A stretch of 32,000 nucleotides of DNA, taken from positions 1,470,001-1,502,000 of the forward strand of contig CBDCNV010000002.1 in assembly GCA_965219535.1 (NCBI GenBank), in the 5' to 3' direction. The notes beneath the pieces were generated by a model. It was given only the letters and a program-made list of their open reading frames with translations, did no database searches and had not been told where the DNA came from. This document shows positions 16,853-23,573 of this stretch, piece after piece (the stretch's first letter is position 1; every line of letters starts with the position of its first letter). The position numbers were made by a program, and so were the translations under genes. The stretch is from Opitutales bacterium (lineage in GTDB: Bacteria > Verrucomicrobiota > Verrucomicrobiia > Opitutales > PNEW01).

Positions 16853-18227
16853 GGTACAACCAGGACATGGTTTACAGATTTAGATCAAGACATGGTTTAC
16901 ACTTTGTGAGGGATGCTGAACGGTAATCGGGTTATATAGTTAAGTTAATGTTATGCGGTTTTAGAGGTTTGGCTGGCATTGTTGGGGCCGCAAGCGGCCC
17001 CAATGAAAGCAGCCGTTGAAAGGTCAATCTGACCGATTCTGAGAGTGGCAAAGTAAACATCGAAGTGTACCGTGTCTAGTGGTTTTAGTCCAACGCTCCA
17101 ACCGGCGAGGGCGGTGGAGATAGGAATCTGGAAGCCATCGAGTTTGATAGACCCGCTTTTTGAGACCCGGCGAGTCATCAAATCATAGCTGATATCGGCA
17201 GGAGTGCCACCGTAAGGATGAGAGCTGTGCTGATAGATTTCAGAGGGCGTGCTCATGGCAAGAGCCGCATGGGGGCGTTCTTCATTGAAGGTCTTGCGCC
17301 ACAGATCGAAGGCCACCTGTTGGGTGCGAAGATCGTCCTGGGCATGTTTTTGCAACTCCTCTTTGATATCGCGATGGAGACGCTCATGGGCACCGTTATC
17401 CTGGGGTTTACCCGGACGTCCACGCTCGAGATTGATCCCTAAGGCCAGCCACCAGGCCGCCAGTTTGCTCAGGCCCAGGACCGCATTGGCACTGGCAAAG
17501 GGACTGCCGTTGTCGCTGCGGATGCAAGCGGGAAGTCCATAGCGTTCAAAGAGTTTTGTGAAGCATTCACGCACCGCTTCGCTACGGGCTGAACTGAGCA
17601 CCCGCACCTCTAATACATAGCGGCTCCATTCATCCCGTACCGTCAAAGGTTCACAACGGTTGCCATCAACGGTGTGCCACCACCCTTTGAAGTCTACGCT
17701 CCACACTTCGTTACAGCCACTGGCCTTGACGCTGCGGTAAAGGCGTCCGCTTTTTTGAGCGCTTCTGCGCCGACGCTTTTGCACCAGTCCCGCACGTTCC
17801 AAGACCCGTTTCACGCTCGAGTCTGAGGGGGCCTTCCCGTAACGCCTCTGGTAAAGCTCGCGGATCTTGTAGGGGCCCCACGTCGGGTGATGATGCTTGA
17901 GTTTGATCAGCGTACATACTACTGATTCGGATAGTTCCTGAACACTTCCATGCGGTCGGCGTGAGCGCTCGTGCAACCCCTCCATCCCTTCGCTCAGGAA
18001 GCGCTTCTTCCATTTATACCCTGTCGGTCGGCTGATCCCGTAGTCTTCACACAGCTCGTTCATCTTTACTCCCGGTTGCATCGATTCCAGGGCGAATTGG
18101 TATCTTTGGTCCATTTTATTTGTTTCCTTCCATGACATCATACCCCTTACTTAGCATCCTTCTTTCTTTGGCAATCTGTAAAGGATGTCCTGAACCTTTT
18201 GTGTAAAGAATGTCTTGAACCTATACC
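16853..18227 (-). mobile_element. IS481-family insertion sequence (about 1.37 kb) with terminal inverted repeats that each carry two tandem CARGACATNNTTTACA sites
   Basis: Left end: CAGGACATGGTTTACA at 16861-16876 and CAAGACATGGTTTACA at 16886-16901. Right end, reverse complement: CAGGACATCCTTTACA within 18175-18192 and CAAGACATTCTTTACA within 18200-18217. GGTACA/GGTATA lies at the outer tips. The exact ends and the target duplication are not resolved. Confidence 0.75.
16951..18141 (-). CDS. IS481-family DDE transposase (HTH plus rve integrase core)
   Basis: 396-aa intact ORF. It has an N-terminal HTH (ISRPTGYKWKKRF). The DDE region comprises WSVDFKGWW, IRSDNGSPFAS and PGKPQDNGAHERLHRDIKEE. 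Confidence 0.9.
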   Translation of the reverse strand: MMSWKETNKMDQRYQFALESMQPGVKMNELCEDYGISRPTGYKWKKRFLSEGMEGLHERSRRPHGSVQELSESVVCTLIKLKHHHPTWGPYKIRELYQRRYGKAPSDSSVKRVLERAGLVQKRRRRSAQKSGRLYRSVKASGCNEVWSVDFKGWWHTVDGNRCEPLTVRDEWSRYVLEVRVLSSARSEAVRECFTKLFERYGLPACIRSDNGSPFASANAVLGLSKLAAWWLALGINLERGRPGKPQDNGAHERLHRDIKEELQKHAQDDLRTQQVAFDLWRKTFNEERPHAALAMSTPSEIYQHSSHPYGGTPADISYDLMTRRVSKSGSIKLDGFQIPISTALAGWSVGLKPLDTVHFDVYFATLRIGQIDLSTAAFIGAACGPNNASQTSKTA

Positions 18228-18302
18228 ATACCTATAACATCTGACGAAGACGAAGAGGCAGACGAAGACGAAGAGGACTTGCGCTAAGTATATCCCAAAC
18301 GC

Positions 18303-18330
18303 ATTCGACTTTGGACCTTAGACTTTCGAC
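18303..18330 (-). repeat. GTCNAAR array just past the desaturase stop hairpin, in that gene's sense orientation
   Basis: The reverse complement reads GTCGAAA GTCTAAG GTCCAAA GTCGAAT. Confidence 0.85.
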
Positions 18331-18355
18331 GGTACTTTCCTTTCAGGAAAGTACC
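18331..18355 (-). other. 10-bp hairpin GGTACTTTCC-TGAAA-GGAAAGTACC with the desaturase stop codon TGA in its loop
   Basis: Arms at 18331-18340 and 18346-18355. The stop codon reverse complement is at 18343-18345. Confidence 0.5.
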
Positions 18356-19467
18356 TTTGGTGCCAGATCACCGATGGAGGCGCCTAGGGTATCCTGGTCT
18401 TCTGGTGGGAGGCGTCCGGCGGTTTCGGGAAGGGGGGTGTCGAACTGGTAGCTTGGGTCGGTCTGCTGTCGTTTATAGGTTTCGCGCATCTCGCGCCAGG
18501 CCCCGATCATCGTTCGTGGTTTCGGCATATCGTCGGCGATCTCGCGACTAAGCTTTTTCAGGTTGTAACAGGGAACGCCCGCGTACATGTGGTGCTCTGC
18601 ATGCCAGTTCATGTGCCAGTAGAGAAACTGTGAAAGCGGGTCCAGTTTAATGGAGCGAACACAGAGTCGAAAGTCGGGAATATTATCACGCAGACCGCAG
18701 TGCATGGGCGCGCCGCAAAGGTAGCGCCATATGCCCCCCATAAAAAACGAGAAGGTAAATAACAATGGCAGCAGCCAGAGTTTGAAAACGATCGCCACCA
18801 CGAGAACGGACAGATGGAAGAGGAGGATAACCCGCGCATTGTTCACGGCTTTCAAACGCTCCTCAGGGCAGTCCTCATAGACGGCTTCTATCCATTCATT
18901 GTCGCCCGGGAATTTACCGAAGGCGGTCCAGATGGTCCGCTTCATAACGGGAATAAGTCCGGAGGACTCAAACCCGCCAGTAAAATTGAAGGTGAGCAAC
19001 TGCAAGAGGTAAAGCGGATTAAAAGTAGGGATCTTGGGCAATAAAACCTCCCGATCGCCATCCGGGTGCAGAGTGTAGCGGTGATGATAGGTATGGCTCA
19101 TCGCGTAGTCACGATGGTTGTGGTAGCCGAGGACACAGTAAATCCAAAGAAAGAATCGGTTGAGCCACCTTGTTTTGAAGACCGTGCCATGCCCCAGTTC
19201 ATGGTTTGGAAAAGCGAAAAAGCTCGTGATCACACTATGCAGGTAAAGTGAAACGGCGAACAAAACCCAATGCTGTTGTAAGAACAGGAAGTAGGTCAGC
19301 GCACCGGTGCAGGTGAAAAGAAAGAGGTGCCCCAAAGACTGGAACCATCCCTTCAGGTCACTGCGTTGGCTCAATTCGAGCAGCCGATCTCTTGGAACCG
19401 GACATCGATACCATTCTACGTGCAGGTTCTTGCGGGCTTCTTCGAGGGGGGGATAGGTTGTATTCAT
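18343..19467 (-). CDS. Membrane fatty-acid desaturase family protein
   Basis: 374-aa ORF with three histidine boxes: HELGHG, HNHRDYAMSHTYHHRY and HAEHHMY. It also has hydrophobic helices. Confidence 0.85.
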   Translation of the reverse strand: MNTTYPPLEEARKNLHVEWYRCPVPRDRLLELSQRSDLKGWFQSLGHLFLFTCTGALTYFLFLQQHWVLFAVSLYLHSVITSFFAFPNHELGHGTVFKTRWLNRFFLWIYCVLGYHNHRDYAMSHTYHHRYTLHPDGDREVLLPKIPTFNPLYLLQLLTFNFTGGFESSGLIPVMKRTIWTAFGKFPGDNEWIEAVYEDCPEERLKAVNNARVILLFHLSVLVVAIVFKLWLLPLLFTFSFFMGGIWRYLCGAPMHCGLRDNIPDFRLCVRSIKLDPLSQFLYWHMNWHAEHHMYAGVPCYNLKKLSREIADDMPKPRTMIGAWREMRETYKRQQTDPSYQFDTPLPETAGRLPPEDQDTLGASIGDLAPKVLS

Positions 19468-19502
19468 TATTTAATTTTATAATCAGGACGATGATTCTAT
19501 AA

Positions 19503-19534
19503 GTCAAAAAGTCAAAATGTCAAAAGGTCAAAAA
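19503..19534 (+). repeat. GTCAAAAR octamer array, identical to 22011-22042
   Basis: GTCAAAAAGTCAAAATGTCAAAAGGTCAAAAA. Confidence 0.85.
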
Positions 19535-19808
19535 GTTAATCGATTGCGGATATCGGATTTTTGGGAGAAAGAGGGATAGCCACTACCGAGCGAAGCGAGA
19601 TCTTCCAAAGGCACAAGAAGCACAAGAGGCTCAAGAAAGAAATATGGAACTCAGGGACTCAGGAATCAAAGATTAAATAACCGTGGAGGCGCAGAGGTGG
19701 AGATTGAGAATAGATAGTCACTTTCTCAAAGGGGTATCAGTGAAAAAAACCACTAATGGACAAGAATTGGCACGAATAAAAGAGAGAGGAAATAGTAGTA
19801 ACAAAAGT

Positions 19809-19974
19809 CAGGTGAAACACGGTGCTTGATCTCAATTACATCTCACCCGTATTTACGGGAGTGATGTTACGGCTATTTCATAGCGCTTTTTTTAAATTGT
19901 GATTTAAAAAAACGCGTAGGAAACATCCGACACTCAGCTATGCTGAGTTATTGAGATCAAGCACGATTCGACTG
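19809..19974 (+). repeat. Core element copy G (forward, class II, degenerate right arm)
   Basis: Near-identical to copy B over the left TIR and first hairpin. The right TIR carries a small deletion (GCACGATTCGACTG). Confidence 0.85.
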
Positions 19975-20327
19975 AGCTCGTCACAGGCCGTGGTTCACCT
20001 TACAATTGTTCCAGGTCTCTTTATAAGGCTCTTTGTATATACTCTTCATAAATCTAAAACCTAACACCTAAAACTTAACACGAGCGTTAGCGCTCAACCT
20101 TTCCGCTTGCCACGCCATAGCTCGACTGAGCGTCGGCGGGTTCTCCCCGCTCTTCCTGTAAAAATCTTTCTTTTCTTTTTTGTGTCTCTTGCCTGCCGGG
20201 CATAGTCCCGCGACTGCGGGACGACGGCTGTTGCTTTTTGTGGGTAATAAATCTACTCCTTATATTGTATTCGTGTTCATTGGTGGTTAATTTTCTTCAT
20301 ATTTGATTAAGCTCAATTCCGAAAAGT

Positions 20328-22010
20328 TTGGCGGAATTGCTTATCAAGGATTGTAATATGACTTATTCAGCAAGAAATGTGATGGTAATTTCTATACTCG
20401 TGGTGCAATCTATTAGTTTCGTGGTTGCACAAGAGGAAAGACCTGATTTTTGGAAAGCTGAAGGAGCGCTGGGGGTCGTCGCTACGGGTGACGAGTCATC
20501 GGCTGATGCTGGTATTGGGATACTAAAAGATGGAGGGAATGCTGTCGATGCCGCCGTCTCCAGCTTGCTCGTTCTGACGGTGACCGACACGGGAAATTTT
20601 TGCTTTGGCGGTGAAATTCCGATCATCGTTTATGATGCGAAACGCGGTGTCGTGGAAGTTCTGAGTGGTCAAGGAGCGGCTCCCCGGTTGGCAACTTTGA
20701 AATATTTTAAGAAGAAGGGTGAAGGTTCCGTTGATGGACCGGCTGTCCCGGGCGCCCTGGACGCCTGTTTGACGGCATTGGAAAGATATGGCACGCTAAC
20801 TTTTGCCGAGGTAGCAAATCCGGCTTTGAGCATCTTAGATCAGCATAAGGAGCCCTGGCATGCTAACATGGCTAAAACTATTCGCCGGCTCATTGAAGCT
20901 GAAAAAGGTTCACCGGATGATCGACAGCGTGGACTAAGGCTTGTTGCCGATTATTTCTACCGTGGCCCTATCGCCCGAGAGTTAGATACTTGGAGTCGAG
21001 AGCATGATGAACTATTGCGCTATTCCGATTTAGCGACCCATGTGACCCGCATTGAGGATCCCGTCTTAGTAAAGTACCGTGGATACACCGTTTACAAATG
21101 CGGTCCATGGACCCAGGGACCCTGCCTTTTGCAGGGGTTGCGTCTACTGGAAGGTTTCGACCTAAAGGCCTTGGGGCATAACAGTCCGGATTACATTCAT
21201 GTTGTTATCGAGGCGATGAAGTTGGCATTAGCTGATCGGGATACTTATTACGCCGACCCTCTATTTGAAGACGTTCCGTTGAAAGCGTTGTTATCCGAGA
21301 ACTATGCCAATATTCGCCAATCGCTAATCGATATAAAGCGTGCCTCATTGGTTCATCGTCCCGGGGATCCTCAGGCGGGCAAAGCTTTGTTGAAAAAAAA
21401 CCAAACCCTACGCGGTAAAAGTGGTCAGGTCAAAGATACCACAACCTGTCTTGCCGCAGATCGATGGGGTAATGTCGTAGCGGCCACCCCTAGCGGTTGG
21501 GGTGGAAGGCTTGCCGGTGACACTGGTATCGTGCTCGGCACGCGACTCAAAAGTTTCAATGTATGGAAAAATCATCCGAATGTCATTGAGCCGGGTAAAC
21601 GCCCGCGAATCACCTTAACGCCGACATTAGTAATGAAGGATGATAAACCAGTGCTTGCTGTGAGTGTCGCTGGGGGTGACAAACAGGACCTGGCGACGAT
21701 GAATTTACTCTTGAATTATATCGAGTTTGGATTAACGCCTGCCGAGTCCATGATCACTCCACGTTTTGGGACCGACCACCTCGTTGGTTCTTTTCAGCAA
21801 CCCCCACCAAAACTAGGAAGTTTATACCTTTATTCTGCTGTAGACGAACAAACCATGGATGCATTGAAGACCCGCGGTCACCTTATCGAGATCGTGGATC
21901 CTGAGGTCTTACCGTATGGCCGGTCTTGTGTTTTGAGTTTCGAACCAAAGTCAGGGCTTATGCAGGCGGCGGGCGATCCCACCGCGGATCACCATGCGAG
22001 GGGGTTTTAA
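20328..22010 (+). CDS. ggt: Gamma-glutamyltransferase (Ntn-hydrolase, GGT family), secreted
   Basis: 560-aa ORF from TTG 20328. The in-frame ATG at 20358 gives a cleaner signal peptide (MTYSARNVMVISILVVQSISFVVAQ). GGNAVDAAV N-terminal motif; autoprocessing/nucleophile region KDTTTCLAADRWGNVVAATPSGW. Confidence 0.85.
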   Translation: MAELLIKDCNMTYSARNVMVISILVVQSISFVVAQEERPDFWKAEGALGVVATGDESSADAGIGILKDGGNAVDAAVSSLLVLTVTDTGNFCFGGEIPIIVYDAKRGVVEVLSGQGAAPRLATLKYFKKKGEGSVDGPAVPGALDACLTALERYGTLTFAEVANPALSILDQHKEPWHANMAKTIRRLIEAEKGSPDDRQRGLRLVADYFYRGPIARELDTWSREHDELLRYSDLATHVTRIEDPVLVKYRGYTVYKCGPWTQGPCLLQGLRLLEGFDLKALGHNSPDYIHVVIEAMKLALADRDTYYADPLFEDVPLKALLSENYANIRQSLIDIKRASLVHRPGDPQAGKALLKKNQTLRGKSGQVKDTTTCLAADRWGNVVAATPSGWGGRLAGDTGIVLGTRLKSFNVWKNHPNVIEPGKRPRITLTPTLVMKDDKPVLAVSVAGGDKQDLATMNLLLNYIEFGLTPAESMITPRFGTDHLVGSFQQPPPKLGSLYLYSAVDEQTMDALKTRGHLIEIVDPEVLPYGRSCVLSFEPKSGLMQAAGDPTADHHARGF

Positions 22011-22042
22011 GTCAAAAAGTCAAAATGTCAAAAGGTCAAAAA
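22011..22042 (+). repeat. GTCAAAAR octamer array starting 1 nt after the GGT stop codon
   Basis: TAA followed by GTCAAAAAGTCAAAATGTCAAAAGGTCAAAAA. Confidence 0.85.
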
Positions 22043-22179
22043 GTGGAAATCCTGAAAGCCAGAAGTCATGAAAGCCAGAAAGCCGGATTGATGCACGATC
22101 CAGGATGCAAGATAATCCTACGGTATCCGCTTTTTCGCTTTCACGCATTATAGGATGTCGGGCTACACCCTCGGTACGC

Positions 22180-23328
22180 TTATTCGCGAATGCCAAAGAG
22201 CTTGGCGGTGTTGAGGCCGAGGATGAGATCTTTTTCGTGCGGGGTGAGGAAATCGCAGTGGAGTTGTATGAACTCCAGGGACTGTCGATAGGTGCACCAG
22301 GCACTCATGCTGTGAGGGCTGTCCGTTCCCCAGATGAGTTTCTCCGCGCCGACCGCATCGCGCAGATCCTTGAGTTGCTTCTGTCCCTCGGGGTAGGGAT
22401 AGACCGGCCACTTTGCTGGAAAAAGAATCTCGGCAAGACTGTTCGGTCGTTTTAGTACCTCGATGAGTTCGTCGGGGATACCGATGTCGTGAATAATCGC
22501 GGCGGGGACAAGACCGTGAGTGATGATTGACGGAATATTGGGATGCTTTTGCGTCCATTCGTCCAACTCGGTAACCCTTCGCAAGAACATCTCGATCCGA
22601 TTATGGGTGCGATCATCGAGGAACCAGAATACCGGTATTTCCAGCTGCTGGACGAGATTCCAAAGAGGATCAAACTTCGGATCGTTGAGCGAGACATCCA
22701 ACTGCATCACCGAGAGGGGCTCGACACTGAAATAAATCCCCTTGTTTCCGTATTCGCTTATTCCCCGCTCCAGTAATTTTAAGCGTTCGGTGCTGTCGGC
22801 TTCCGGTTCCCAGATTTGTGCCAGTCCGATGAAGCGACCGGGGAACTTTTTTCTCGCATCGGCAAAGTATTCATTGAGGTCGCCGTAGACATGATCGCAT
22901 TGCAGGACACCCATGTCTACACCGACCATGTTCATCTCCGCGACCATGCGTTCCGGTGGCGCGTCATTGTCTGCTTGCGTGGGCGGGAAGAGTTGCATGG
23001 TGTAATCTACACCATCGACCGTGATGTCCACCTGACCGAATTGTGTAAGACGGAAATTTACGTCGGGCATGTCGTCGAGATTATTGGAATCAAAGCGCAG
23101 GAATTGTTCATCGGTGTGTGAGCCATCGTCCTTGCGCCAGAAATTATTGCATTCGCGTGCATGGTACTGCCAGAGTTTTGCACGCAAGGCGGGATCGATT
23201 CCCTCTTGCTGCGAACCGGGGGGCGGAAAGATATGGTAGTGCGCGTCGATGATCGGGCAGCGCTTGCGGTCTTTCGAGTCACTGTCGATCACCCAGCCGC
23301 CGCCGATGAAGGTCATTTTTTTATTCAT
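22180..23328 (-). CDS. Metal-dependent amidohydrolase (TIM-barrel, amidohydrolase_2-like)
   Basis: 382-aa ORF. IIDAHYHIF (HxH metal site) near the N-terminus, a distal IWGTDSPH aspartate motif, and an ITHG histidine. Confidence 0.75.
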   Translation of the reverse strand: MNKKMTFIGGGWVIDSDSKDRKRCPIIDAHYHIFPPPGSQQEGIDPALRAKLWQYHARECNNFWRKDDGSHTDEQFLRFDSNNLDDMPDVNFRLTQFGQVDITVDGVDYTMQLFPPTQADNDAPPERMVAEMNMVGVDMGVLQCDHVYGDLNEYFADARKKFPGRFIGLAQIWEPEADSTERLKLLERGISEYGNKGIYFSVEPLSVMQLDVSLNDPKFDPLWNLVQQLEIPVFWFLDDRTHNRIEMFLRRVTELDEWTQKHPNIPSIITHGLVPAAIIHDIGIPDELIEVLKRPNSLAEILFPAKWPVYPYPEGQKQLKDLRDAVGAEKLIWGTDSPHSMSAWCTYRQSLEFIQLHCDFLTPHEKDLILGLNTAKLFGIRE

Positions 23329-23358
23329 CTTCTCGATAGTTATCGAGAAGATGAATAA
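23321..23358. promoter_or_regulatory. Perfect 18-bp inverted repeat (2-nt spacer) enclosing the amidohydrolase start codon
   Basis: TTATTCATCTTCTCGATA at 23321-23338 and TATCGAGAAGATGAATAA at 23341-23358. The ATG (reverse complement CAT, 23326-23328) lies in the left arm. Confidence 0.6.
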
Positions 23359-23361
23359 AAA

Positions 23362-23385
23362 GTCAAAAGGTCAAAAAGTCAAAAG
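23362..23385 (+). repeat. GTCAAAAR octamer array (3 units)
   Basis: GTCAAAAG GTCAAAAA GTCAAAAG, then a G-run. Confidence 0.85.
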
Positions 23386-23465
23386 GGGGGGGAGCGGAAA
23401 TCAGTGAACAGTAAACAGTGAACGGTGAGGGGAATGTGATTGCTTATTAATACACTGATTAAGCT

Positions 23466-23542
23466 AGGTGGAACGGGCTGTCCCTAGCGCGTTTGGATAT
23501 GTTTGTAAGTAAGAAGCGTGCTAGGGATAGCCCGCTCCACCT
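23466..23542. repeat. 26-bp imperfect inverted repeat (23/26 matching) with a 25-nt loop; shares the CCCTAGCGC word with the core element
   Basis: AGGTGGAACGGGCTGTCCCTAGCGCG at 23466-23491 versus CGTGCTAGGGATAGCCCGCTCCACCT at 23517-23542. It lies between the amidohydrolase 5' end and the paralog 1 3' end. Confidence 0.6.
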
Positions 23543-23573
23543 TAACACCTAAAACTTAACACTGATCGATAGA

